Assembly: GCA_964631865.1 (NCBI GenBank)
Contig: CAZWAK010000015.1
Coordinates: forward strand, 89-64,088
Length of the DNA stretch: 64,000 nt
DNA from: an uncultured Heliobacteriaceae bacterium
Lineage (GTDB): Bacteria; Acidobacteriota; Blastocatellia; RBC074
Direction of reading: 5' to 3'
Shown here: positions 21,416-30,595 of the stretch, in pieces
How positions within the stretch are numbered: the first letter of the stretch is position 1
How the letters are laid out: each line of letters begins with the position of its first letter
Program-made: the position numbers and the translations under genes
The notes under the pieces: model-generated
Seen by the model: only the letters and a program-made list of their open reading frames with translations
What the model was told of the DNA's origin: nothing
The model's database searches: none

Positions 21416-22978
21416 ATGGGAAATATTAGACCACGCAAAATAAGTGAATTAGCGGCTGTTATCTGGCAGCGTAAAGGCGTCATTATTTTAGTGACGACAG
21501 CAATGTTGCTCGCAACAATACTCATCGTCAAACGGATCCCGGATACCTACGAATCACGCGGACTTGTGATTGTTTCTGCCGCTGCTGCGGACTCGCCCGT
21601 GGTGACTTCACAAATCACGGCAGCTTCTCAGCAACTAACCAGTCAGCATCAACTCACCGCACTGGTGCGCAAATACTCATTGTACCCGGCCCTGAAAGAC
21701 GAAGATGCCATTCAGGTCTTGGGCAAAGCGATTAAGACGGAAGTCAAGCAGCGGGGCTATTATCCCGATGGCCCGGAATCCTTCAAAGTTTCATATCGCC
21801 ACCCCGATCCTAAACTGGCGCAGCAGGTTGTGAGTGAGTTGGTCGAGGTATTCAATCAATCCAATGAAACAACGAAAAAACAAGCAGGGCAGGAACTGAA
21901 CAAACTGGGGCAGGAGTTGACAGAAGTGGAAACCCAGCTTCAGAAATTAGCCGCTTTGGCCAAACAAGAGGAGCGCCTGCTGCAAAGTGGGCCGAAAGTC
22001 GTTACGGATTCTACGGCGGTCCATACGCAACGGATCACAACCATTGAGGCAATTGGAAGTTTGACCGATAAACAATTTAGTCTGGAACAGCAAATTGCAG
22101 CTCTCAAGAAACAAATTGCCGACCAGGAAAAACTGGTGAAACAGACCGCTCCCCCCAGCCCTTCAAAAAGTGCGCAAGGGCCGCTGTTGGTACGCAAAGC
22201 CGAATTAGAAGCTCAACTCAAGGAGTACGCGAAGCAATACACGGCCAAAAACCCGAAAGTGATTACCGCACAAACGGCATTGGCGGAGGTCAATCGCCAA
22301 TTGGCGGCTTTGGAAGCGACACCCGATGGCGAGTTCTCCGCCGCCGCCTCGTTAGAAGCACAGGAACTACGAGCGTATCGGCGAGACTTAAATCGGCTCG
22401 AAGCCGACTTGGAGATCACCCGTCGTGAGTTGACGCGCAAACAGGAGTTCCTGGCCAAGTTGCCGTCGGTAGACCCTAACGCTGTATACACGAAACCAGA
22501 TACGACAACACCGACTGAGCAGCCTGCGAATCTTGAGGGAGCCGTTTATGCCAACCTCAGTGAACGCTATCGAACCTTGCTGGCACGGCGCGAGGGGTTG
22601 CAGAAAATTGTGACTGGAACGGGCGTGTTTCAGGTTCTGGATTATCCGGTTCTGGCACAAGTTCCAGTCGGCCCAAACCGTCTGCTCTTCAAATTATTAG
22701 GCGCGGCTTTGGGATTGCTGATCGGGCTGGCCGTTGCTTTGGCGCTTGAATTGCCCCGCTTGACCCGGATTCAGGATGAGCGAGACGTAGATTACCTGTT
22801 AGGCGCTCCGGTCTTAGCCTTGATTCCTGAGACGTTAACTCCTGCCGAAAGCACGCGCGTGCAGCGCCTGCATTTGGCCCGCGGAGTTTTGGTGCTGATG
22901 TTGGTGGGAGGGCTGATCCCGGCAGTTTATTTTTTACTTAAGGGCATCGGCGTCCTCCAAATGTTGGGCGGGCGCTAA
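21416..22978 (+). CDS. Polysaccharide chain-length determinant (PCP/Wzz-GumC family, EpsF-like)
   Basis: N-terminal TM (VIILVTTAMLLATILIV), long coiled-coil periplasmic region, C-terminal TM (LLGAALGLLIGLAVALALE). Confidence 0.78.
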   Translation: MGNIRPRKISELAAVIWQRKGVIILVTTAMLLATILIVKRIPDTYESRGLVIVSAAAADSPVVTSQITAASQQLTSQHQLTALVRKYSLYPALKDEDAIQVLGKAIKTEVKQRGYYPDGPESFKVSYRHPDPKLAQQVVSELVEVFNQSNETTKKQAGQELNKLGQELTEVETQLQKLAALAKQEERLLQSGPKVVTDSTAVHTQRITTIEAIGSLTDKQFSLEQQIAALKKQIADQEKLVKQTAPPSPSKSAQGPLLVRKAELEAQLKEYAKQYTAKNPKVITAQTALAEVNRQLAALEATPDGEFSAAASLEAQELRAYRRDLNRLEADLEITRRELTRKQEFLAKLPSVDPNAVYTKPDTTTPTEQPANLEGAVYANLSERYRTLLARREGLQKIVTGTGVFQVLDYPVLAQVPVGPNRLLFKLLGAALGLLIGLAVALALELPRLTRIQDERDVDYLLGAPVLALIPETLTPAESTRVQRLHLARGVLVLMLVGGLIPAVYFLLKGIGVLQMLGGR

Positions 22979-23004
22979 TTTTATGACTTCGAAGGAGATC
23001 TGAA

Positions 23005-23904
23005 ATGGGTAAGGTTTTTGAGGCAGTCAGCAATAATGAGGACGAATCTCTATCTGAGCCAGACGTGGAAGCGCAAGAACAGGAGCATCCGCACAATGAG
23101 CAAGGCACCTTTTTGGCCCGCACCAATGGTCGCATGCTGGAACCTGTGGAAAAAATCAATCTGAAACGTGCTCCCTCCACTGCGCTGGCTGAAAAAGACC
23201 GGTTCCGGTTGGACGAATTCGCCCTCGTGCGCAAAGCGTTGGCTCGGACCCGGGCGGTCACGCTTGATCCTGATCGCCTGGCGCCCCACTTGGTGACGTT
23301 GCAGGAACTGCCCTCGCCCGAAGCCGAGCAGCAATATCGCCGTCTTGCTGTCGGGTTGATTACGGCGGCGATGGATCGGCCTTTCAAGCGCATTTTGTTC
23401 ACCTCCGCACAGCACGGGGAGGGACGCACGTCGGTCATGCTGAATCTCGCCGGCACGCTGGCCCGCGCCCGCAAGCGCGTGCTTGTCATTGAGACAGACC
23501 TCACGCGCCCGTCTGTGATGCGTTTGCTGGGGTTGGAGTCTGAAGTCGGAATAGCAGAAGTGTTCACCGATAATGCGCGCCTCGATGAGGCCGCTGTTAC
23601 GATTCAGCCCTTCGGCATCACCGTTCTGGTCACGCGGGAAGCGATTGACAACCCGGCAGAAATTCTCGCTTCCAATGAATTCCGTGAACTGCTCAATCTG
23701 TTCGAGCAGGACTTCGATTTTATTCTCTTTGACTCGCCCCCTTTGTTGGATTCCGCCGATGCCAATTTGCTGACGCGCATGGTGGATACAACGTTGTTAG
23801 TGATTCGCCCCGGCAAAACGAGTACCGCGCAAATGGCCCAGGCCGTCGCGTTGCTCGACCGGGAAGACATCTCCGGGGTGGTAATGAACCGTGTCCCGCA
23901 TTGA
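23005..23904 (+). CDS. BY-kinase-like P-loop ATPase partner of the PCP (EpsG-like), apparently degenerate
   Basis: CpsD/ParA-like fold (ILFTSAQHGEGRTSVMLNLA; VLVIETDLTRP; FILFDSPPLL). Walker A carries R where K is expected (GEGRTS). No C-terminal Tyr cluster. Confidence 0.65.
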   Translation: MGKVFEAVSNNEDESLSEPDVEAQEQEHPHNEQGTFLARTNGRMLEPVEKINLKRAPSTALAEKDRFRLDEFALVRKALARTRAVTLDPDRLAPHLVTLQELPSPEAEQQYRRLAVGLITAAMDRPFKRILFTSAQHGEGRTSVMLNLAGTLARARKRVLVIETDLTRPSVMRLLGLESEVGIAEVFTDNARLDEAAVTIQPFGITVLVTREAIDNPAEILASNEFRELLNLFEQDFDFILFDSPPLLDSADANLLTRMVDTTLLVIRPGKTSTAQMAQAVALLDREDISGVVMNRVPH

Positions 23905-23959
23905 TGAGAGGCTGCCCCGCCCCATCATCGTGCATTACCCGAAGCATTGAGGAGACGTT

Positions 23960-24766
23960 ATGAATAAGCATCTTTGTCCCGCGAGTTGCTGCGTGCCTCG
24001 CCTAATCCTGACCAGCTTGATCGTTGCCTTGGTGGTTTGTCTCAGCCTGTCCGTTAGGGCGCAACAGACCGCCACGCTGACCAAAGAAAAATCTACCGCG
24101 ATCAAAACCGAAGGCACTCAACCACCTGCGCAGGCGGGAGTTTCTGAGGAGCAGGTGTTTCAAAACGCCTATCGCAAGTTTTACGAAAGCTACAAGCTTG
24201 GCCCGAACGACGAACTGGCCATCCGCGTGCAAGGCGAGCCGGAATACTCACTGGAAAAAGTCAAAATCTCGCCCGTTGGTCGCATCTATCATCCGCTCCT
24301 CGGCGATGTCGAAGTCGCCGGGCGAACCGTTCAGCAATTGACCGAGGAACTGGCCAAAGAACTGACCGAATACCTGCTGAACCCGAAGGTGAGCATTTCG
24401 CTCCTGGAAACCAGAAGCGCCAAGGTCGGCGTGCTGGGCGAAGTGGTGAATCCGGGCATCCTCGTGATGGCGGAGCCGATGCGCGTGCTGGACGCGATCA
24501 AGGCGGCGGGCGGCTTTAGCGACTTAGGCAGCAAATCCAATGTCATTGTCTATTCGCAGGCCGAAAATGGTGCCATTAGCAAGCGTCAAGTGAACATCGC
24601 CAAGCTGCTGGACGGCAAAACCTCGGCGCAGGAAAACGTTGAGTTGCATCCGGGCGACACGGTCGAGGTGCAAGGCAATGCCAAGAAAAAGGTCGGCGTC
24701 ATCATGTCCCTCACCGGCCTCAGCAATTTTATGAATGTGGTGGGGCGCGGAGGCGGAGGGCGCTGA
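23960..24766 (+). CDS. Outer-membrane polysaccharide export protein (Wza/OPX family, Poly_export + SLBB)
   Basis: Signal/lipoprotein-like N-terminus. Blocks YKLGPNDELAIRV (Poly_export), VGVLGEVVNPG and HPGDTVEV (SLBB). Confidence 0.8.
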   Translation: MNKHLCPASCCVPRLILTSLIVALVVCLSLSVRAQQTATLTKEKSTAIKTEGTQPPAQAGVSEEQVFQNAYRKFYESYKLGPNDELAIRVQGEPEYSLEKVKISPVGRIYHPLLGDVEVAGRTVQQLTEELAKELTEYLLNPKVSISLLETRSAKVGVLGEVVNPGILVMAEPMRVLDAIKAAGGFSDLGSKSNVIVYSQAENGAISKRQVNIAKLLDGKTSAQENVELHPGDTVEVQGNAKKKVGVIMSLTGLSNFMNVVGRGGGGR

Positions 24767-24790
24767 AGAGTTTACGAAGGGAGGTTAGCA

Positions 24791-25255
24791 ATGAATCTAC
24801 AAGGTGAGAATGGCTCCTCGAATCTACCGGGCTTGAATGGCTCCTCCTCGTTGGTGGATTCGCCTCACCATCAGCTCGAGACGGCTATGAATTCTACGGA
24901 CGCAGAGTTGGGTGAACACCATATCCGGGACGGGTTTGCCCGGCACACCCCGCTTTCAATCTTCGTGCGCGAACGCCTGACCGAACTGGGCATGAAGCAG
25001 GCCGATTTCTGCCGCCTGAACATGTTTGATCAAGGCATGCTCTCGCGCATTCAGAACTCGATGGTCTTCAACCTGAATCTGGAAAGCGCCCTGCGCTTGG
25101 CGATTGGCCTGCGAGTTTCGCCCCTCAAAATTCTCGAATTGATTGAACGCCCGGACTTACACCAATTGATCCTGGGGGCGTATGCCCATGAGTTGCCCGA
25201 ACTGGCGACGTTGTCATCGCACCCGAACCCACAAATCCCCCGAAACGCCCCATAA
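24791..25255 (+). CDS. XRE-type helix-turn-helix transcriptional regulator embedded in the EPS locus
   Basis: HTH-like segment IFVRERLTELGMKQADFCRLNMFDQGMLSRIQN. N-terminal NGSSNLPGLNGSS repeat. Confidence 0.5.
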   Translation: MNLQGENGSSNLPGLNGSSSLVDSPHHQLETAMNSTDAELGEHHIRDGFARHTPLSIFVRERLTELGMKQADFCRLNMFDQGMLSRIQNSMVFNLNLESALRLAIGLRVSPLKILELIERPDLHQLILGAYAHELPELATLSSHPNPQIPRNAP

Positions 25256-25277
25256 CCTACGAATGGAGAGTCACCAG

Positions 25278-26528
25278 ATGGTAGCAGAAATCGTTTTCCT
25301 CACTGCGATTGCGTTGATTATCTATAGTTATATTGGGTACCCAATAGTTTTGTTTGTCCTGAGTTCCTTGTTCTCGCGGCAAACACGGCGTGCCGACATC
25401 ACCCCACGGGTCTCGCTCATTATTACGGCGCGCAACGAAGAGAAGGATATTCGAGCCAAACTCGAAAATGCCCTCGACATGGATTACCCAGAGGAATTGT
25501 ATGAAATCATTGTCGCGTCGGATTGTTCGACCGACCGCACCGACGACATTGTCCGCAGCTTTGCTGACCGGGGGGTCATTCTTTATCGAGAAGACCGTCA
25601 CTACGGCAAAACTATCACGCAAAATCACGCGGTCAAACACTCGACCGGTGAAATCCTGGTGTTCTCGGACGCCACCACGATTTACGAAAAACACGCCTTG
25701 CGCGCCATTGTGCGGCAATTTGCTGACCCACAAGTCGGCTGCGTGGCGGGGCAATTGATTTACATAGACCCGAATTCGACCACCGTTGGCAAAGGCTGTA
25801 GTTCGTATTGGAACTACGAAAAACTCATCAAGCATTTCGAGAGCAGGCTGGGGTCGTTGATTGGCGTCAGCGGTTGTTTATATGCCGTGCGGCGAAGCTG
25901 CCAGGTGCGCCTGCGCGATGACATGATTGACGATTTCGTCATCGCCTCGGAAATCCGCGGGATGGGTTTGCGCACCGTGTACGAGCCGGAAGCGATGGCC
26001 TTCGAGGACACCAACAAAGGCTACCGCGACGAATTCAAAATGCGCGTGCGCATCGTCAAACAAACCCTCAACGCCATCTGGCGCTATCGCTCGTTGATGA
26101 AGGGGCACGAAGACGGCAGCTATGCCTTTCAAATGATCTCGCACAAGGTCATGCGCTATCTCGTGCCATTTTTCCTGCTCGCGGTTTTGATCTCCAACTG
26201 TTTTCTGGTGGAGCCGAATGATCTGCTCGCACTCTTTGAGCGCCGTTGGGACTGGCCGACAGCGGACACATTCTGGCCGCAGCTATTGACGCTCAGCCTC
26301 GTGGGGCAAGTGCTCTTCTATTTGGCTGCCGCATTTGGCTACGTGCTCAACCGCTTGGGGATCAAACGACTTGGCCCGCTCGCGTTGCCGGTTTACTTCG
26401 TGCTGGTCAATTTGGCCGTCCTGTTTGCGATGGTGAAATCGGTGGGCGGCGAGAACTACGTTGTGTGGGAACCAAACCGGGACGCCGAAACGGCCAAGAT
26501 GGACAATCTTCACCCGATGCGGGGGTAA
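25278..26528 (+). CDS. Family-2 glycosyltransferase with multiple TM helices (processive/synthase-like)
   Basis: N-terminal TM. Blocks VSLIITARNEE.. DCSTDRT.. VFSDATT.. and QxxRW-like RIVKQTLNAIWRY. C-terminal TMs. GGAGAG RBS before ATG 25278. Confidence 0.82.
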   Translation: MVAEIVFLTAIALIIYSYIGYPIVLFVLSSLFSRQTRRADITPRVSLIITARNEEKDIRAKLENALDMDYPEELYEIIVASDCSTDRTDDIVRSFADRGVILYREDRHYGKTITQNHAVKHSTGEILVFSDATTIYEKHALRAIVRQFADPQVGCVAGQLIYIDPNSTTVGKGCSSYWNYEKLIKHFESRLGSLIGVSGCLYAVRRSCQVRLRDDMIDDFVIASEIRGMGLRTVYEPEAMAFEDTNKGYRDEFKMRVRIVKQTLNAIWRYRSLMKGHEDGSYAFQMISHKVMRYLVPFFLLAVLISNCFLVEPNDLLALFERRWDWPTADTFWPQLLTLSLVGQVLFYLAAAFGYVLNRLGIKRLGPLALPVYFVLVNLAVLFAMVKSVGGENYVVWEPNRDAETAKMDNLHPMRG

Positions 26529-26582
26529 AAGAGGGTTGGCGATGGAAACAGGGGGCGACCTGAAAGCGGGAGTTTTGTTGTA

Positions 26583-27584
26583 ATGAAACAAGCTGTTCTG
26601 AACATGATGCTGAAGACGGGGGTTTTTGCGCCATTTCGTTTGGCGCACCGTTCCCAGGCGCTCATTCTGTGCTATCACCGGTTCAGCGCGCAACCAGGGA
26701 GCCGCACCACCTCGGCTCCGCTGTTGGCCGAAAATCTCCGCTACCTCAAAGCGCATTACACCATCGTCTCGCTGGCCGAACTGGCGGCGCGGCTCCAGCG
26801 GGGACAATCTGTGCGTGGCCTCGCCGCCATCACCATTGATGACGGCTACGCGGATGCGTACGAAGTTGCGTTCCCGTTGCTGCGGCAATATCAAGCGCCC
26901 GCGACGCTGTTTGTGACGACGGATTTTTTGTCGCGCAAGACGTGGCTCTGGACGGACAAACTGCGCTACATCGCGCTGCGCACGGCGGCGCGCGAGTTGC
27001 GATTCACGCTCAAAGGACAAACGCGATGTCTGCCGCTCAACGGGCAATATTCGCGGCTGGCCGCTTCCGATCAGGCCAATGACCAACTCAAGGCGTTGCC
27101 CGATGAGGTCAAAGACCGCGAAATCGTGCGCCTGGCCCAGGCGCACGACGTGACGTTGCCGCCGTTGCCGCCGGAGGAATACCGCGCCATCACCTGGGCC
27201 CAAGCGCGCGAAATGGATGCGCAGGGCGTGGCGATTGAATCGCATACCGTCACGCACCCGATTCTGACGCAAGTGGACAGCCAACGATTGCGCTTCGAGA
27301 TGGGCGAAGCGCGGCGACAACTCGCGGCGGAACTGGACCGTGACGTACGACTTTTTTGCTATCCCGATGGCGCGTATAACGCAAGTGTGCGCGCCGCTGC
27401 TGCCGAAGCAGGTTATGCCTGTGCGGTGACAACCACGCACGGGCTGAACGCCGCCCACAGCGATTTGCTCACCTTGCGCCGTGTGCATGGCGAAGCCGAT
27501 CACGCGCATTTTGTGCAAGCGACGAGCGGGTTCGAAGCCTTCAAAATGAAATGGATCAAACGAACAAAACAACGAACAGGATAA
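26583..27584 (+). CDS. Polysaccharide deacetylase (CE4)
   Basis: ITIDDGYADAYEVAFPLL.. and IESHTVTHPIL.. NodB motifs. The 429-aa antisense ORF opposite is an artefact. Confidence 0.8.
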   Translation: MKQAVLNMMLKTGVFAPFRLAHRSQALILCYHRFSAQPGSRTTSAPLLAENLRYLKAHYTIVSLAELAARLQRGQSVRGLAAITIDDGYADAYEVAFPLLRQYQAPATLFVTTDFLSRKTWLWTDKLRYIALRTAARELRFTLKGQTRCLPLNGQYSRLAASDQANDQLKALPDEVKDREIVRLAQAHDVTLPPLPPEEYRAITWAQAREMDAQGVAIESHTVTHPILTQVDSQRLRFEMGEARRQLAAELDRDVRLFCYPDGAYNASVRAAAAEAGYACAVTTTHGLNAAHSDLLTLRRVHGEADHAHFVQATSGFEAFKMKWIKRTKQRTG

Positions 27585-27652
27585 AGATTGCTGCCCCAGG
27601 CATGCCCGAACTGAAACAGGCGTTTTAGTTGGGGTTTCTAAGGAGGTCTTTG

Positions 27653-27892
27653 ATGTCGAATCACCGCAAGAGTTTTCATCCCCAATCCAGTTTGACTGGA
27701 ACTGCTGCTCTCTGGCGGACTAATGCGTCGTCCTCAAAACGACAAGGAGTGTTATTCAAGAAAGTAAAAACCTGGTTTACGCGGACGACCCCGAGTCCCG
27801 AACCCAGGCTTGAGCAGCAGAATGCACGGCTGCTTTCGCTGTGTGCCACGCCGTTGCCGCTCGTCGAGAGCGGCGTGGAAGAAAACGAATAA
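27653..27892 (+). CDS. Small hypothetical protein (79 aa)
   Basis: AGGAGG 6 nt before ATG 27653. No recognisable domain. Confidence 0.3.
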   Translation: MSNHRKSFHPQSSLTGTAALWRTNASSSKRQGVLFKKVKTWFTRTTPSPEPRLEQQNARLLSLCATPLPLVESGVEENE

Positions 27893-27912
27893 GGAGTTAA
27901 GCGTCTAAGCCG

Positions 27913-29985
27913 ATGGCAGTAGGAGTGGCAAAACTGAAAAAGCTCACCAACCTGCACGAACTTCGCGTGCGTGGTTGGCAGGAGTTGAGCAAACTGCGCG
28001 ACCGCGTGCTCAATGCACATCCGACCGAGATGAGCGACGAGGCGTTGTACAAGGCATTTACGCCCGCCGCGCGCAACGGTTCGGGCACAGGCACGGCGGC
28101 ACTCCTACTCCATCGGTTACGGACGCAAAGCGGTTTGTTTTTGCCCGCGTTCGCCGCACGCCCCGGCATCGTTGCCACGATGCAGCAGCGGTTTCCGACC
28201 GAATGCGCCGCCATTCTGGCGAGTGCAGAAAAAGCCTGCGCCGGGAAATTCGATTTGCTCGGATATGACAATCTCGATTTCGGAACGCCGATTGACTGGC
28301 ATCTGGAGCCACGCACGGGCCAGCACACGCCGATGCTTCATTGGAGCCAAATTGACCCGGTCAATCCGGTGGCGGCGCTAGACCCGAAGATTGTTTGGGA
28401 ACTCAACCGGCATTCACACTTTGTCACACTGGCGCAAGCGTATTGGCTGACGGGCGAGCAACGCTTTGTCCAAGCCTTCGTCGAACAAACCAGCGCGTGG
28501 ATTGACGCCAATCCCGTCGGCATCGGCATCAATTGGGCGTCCGCCATCGAAGCCGCCTTTCGCGCGGTGGTGTGGCTCTGGGCCTTGCATTGGTGTGCCG
28601 ATTCGCCGTGCATCACGCCGCAGTTCGTCAGCAAAATCGTCAAGTCGCTGCTGGAACAAGGGCGGCACGTGGAGAAATATCTCTCGACCTATTTCAGCCC
28701 GAACACGCATTTGACGGGCGAGGCGTTGGGGTTGCTCTACATCGGTTTGGCGCTGCCGGAACTGCGCGTCGCCGAACATTGGCGCAAACTTGGACTGCGG
28801 ATTTTGCTGGAACAATTGCCCCGGCACGTGCGCGCGGACGGCGTGTATTTCGAGCAAAGTTCGTACTACCACCGCTACACGACCGATTTCTATTTGCATT
28901 TGCACGCACTGCTGCGTGCCAACGATCTGCGTTTGCCGGCGGCGGAAGAGCAATTGTTGTGGCAGAAGTTGGAACTGCTCTACGAACATTTGCTGTGGCT
29001 GCAACGCCCCGACGGCACGTCGCCTTTGTTTGGCGATGACGACGGCGGACGACTGCTCAAATTTGCGCCGCGTGCCAGCAATGATTTTCGCGACACGTTG
29101 GCAACGGGCGTTCTGCTCTTCAGACGCGGCGACTGGAAACACGCTGCCGGGTCTGCGCCTGCCGAATTGCTCTGGCTGTTCGGCGTCGAAGGCTTGCAAC
29201 AGTACGACGAAGTCGAAGCGACAGCGCCCGCGACCAAAGCACGCGCGTTTGCGACGAGCGGGTACTTCGTGTTGCGCAGCGGTTGGGAACGCGCGGCGAG
29301 TTCAGTGCTGATGGATTGCGGGCGACACGGCGCAGAAAGCGGCCCCGGTCACGCGCATTCCGATGCGCTCTCGCTGGAATATGCCGCGCGCGGGACGACG
29401 TGGATCGTTGATCCGGGCACATTTATTTACGGCGCGGATGCGGCCACGCGCGATTGGTTTCGCTCGACCGAAGCCCACAACACTGTGATGGTGGATGAGC
29501 AGCCGCAGTCGCAACCCAGCGTGCCGTTTGCGTGGCGCACGCAGGCCGATGGCGAGTTAATCGAATTCAAAGACGGCGGCGACTGGGCCGTGATGGAGGG
29601 TCGGCATAATGGCTATGCGACGCTCAGCGATCCGGTCACGCACGCGCGCGCGGTTGTACTGCTGCGCGAAAAAGTTTGCCTGCTGGTGACGGACAAATTC
29701 ACCGCGCAAGCCACACACAAATACACATTGCGTTTTCATCTGACTCCAGCCTGCACGGCGCGTGCGGTCGGGAATCGCATCGAAGCGCAAACGGTGCGAG
29801 GCGAACAACTCACAATCACTGTCTTCGCGGCGGGCGATGTGCAAAACAAAGTGCAAGCGCGAGTGGAAGACGGTTGGGTGTCGAGTTGTTATGGGCAACG
29901 CGCCGCTGCCCCCGTGGCGGCGTTTGAAGTTTCCAGTGTGGGGATTACGGAGTTGGTTTCGGTGTTAGCAAGCACTTGTAGTTGA
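27913..29985 (+). CDS. Heparinase II/III-like protein (alginate-lyase-superfamily N-terminal domain + heparinase_II_III C-terminal domain)
   Basis: 690 aa. Blocks NWASAIEAAFRAVVWLWA.., HSDALSLEYAARG. Common member of EPS loci. Confidence 0.7.
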   Translation: MAVGVAKLKKLTNLHELRVRGWQELSKLRDRVLNAHPTEMSDEALYKAFTPAARNGSGTGTAALLLHRLRTQSGLFLPAFAARPGIVATMQQRFPTECAAILASAEKACAGKFDLLGYDNLDFGTPIDWHLEPRTGQHTPMLHWSQIDPVNPVAALDPKIVWELNRHSHFVTLAQAYWLTGEQRFVQAFVEQTSAWIDANPVGIGINWASAIEAAFRAVVWLWALHWCADSPCITPQFVSKIVKSLLEQGRHVEKYLSTYFSPNTHLTGEALGLLYIGLALPELRVAEHWRKLGLRILLEQLPRHVRADGVYFEQSSYYHRYTTDFYLHLHALLRANDLRLPAAEEQLLWQKLELLYEHLLWLQRPDGTSPLFGDDDGGRLLKFAPRASNDFRDTLATGVLLFRRGDWKHAAGSAPAELLWLFGVEGLQQYDEVEATAPATKARAFATSGYFVLRSGWERAASSVLMDCGRHGAESGPGHAHSDALSLEYAARGTTWIVDPGTFIYGADAATRDWFRSTEAHNTVMVDEQPQSQPSVPFAWRTQADGELIEFKDGGDWAVMEGRHNGYATLSDPVTHARAVVLLREKVCLLVTDKFTAQATHKYTLRFHLTPACTARAVGNRIEAQTVRGEQLTITVFAAGDVQNKVQARVEDGWVSSCYGQRAAAPVAAFEVSSVGITELVSVLASTCS

Positions 29986-30595
29986 CATCATCAAGCGCAG
30001 ACAGCGGGCGCTGGTTAAAACCGGGTGAAAAAGCTCTGGAAAAAAGTGATGAATCGCAATTGAGAATATATTTAGGAGCGTATCCAAATTTTATGAAGAT
30101 CGTGCCGAGCAAAGCGGCCTTGAACCCAAGCCGTGCTGAAATGTCGTGGTGGCATCCCTCCCACGACCAAGTGCGTCGGTGTTCGTGCTTTGGTGCGTTC
30201 GAGTCATCTGTTCTGGCCCTCGTGCCGGAACGGCAGAAAAGACCAAAACCGACTTCTTTCCCCTCGTTTCGCTGCACGTCGGCGCGGTTCCTGACCGATT
30301 GGATGGTGGTGCAATGTGAATGAATAGCGATTGTGCGCTGGTTGCCTGTCCGCAACCGCCGCGCCGAATTCGTGCCCGTCAAAGCAAACGGTACAGTCTT
30401 GATCCCAGCAGGCCGAAAAAGATCAATCACTTAATGACTGACCGCATCCCCGAGATTCTTTGTTGACGCCGATCCCCTACGCTGGCCGAGTTTGCCAATG
30501 TGCGTCTACGGCGGCGCACGCAATCAGCAGCGGCTGAGCGTAGTTGGGGCTACTGAGAATGAACGGAACTTTGAGTTATTAGGAGTAGAGAACCA

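Noticed and set aside
21220-21429. 69-aa hydrophobic small ORF (MLLLITQQEPFLLLLLGILLLCVAAG...) in the leader region
   Set aside because: No RBS. Low-complexity Leu-rich stretch. Overlaps the start of the PCP gene. Likely a chance ORF in AT-richer DNA.
29982-30595. ORFs 29982-30323(+) and 29945-30430(-) in the gap before the AlgD-like gene
   Set aside because: Mutually overlapping, no RBS, no domain signatures. Treated as an intergenic/promoter region.
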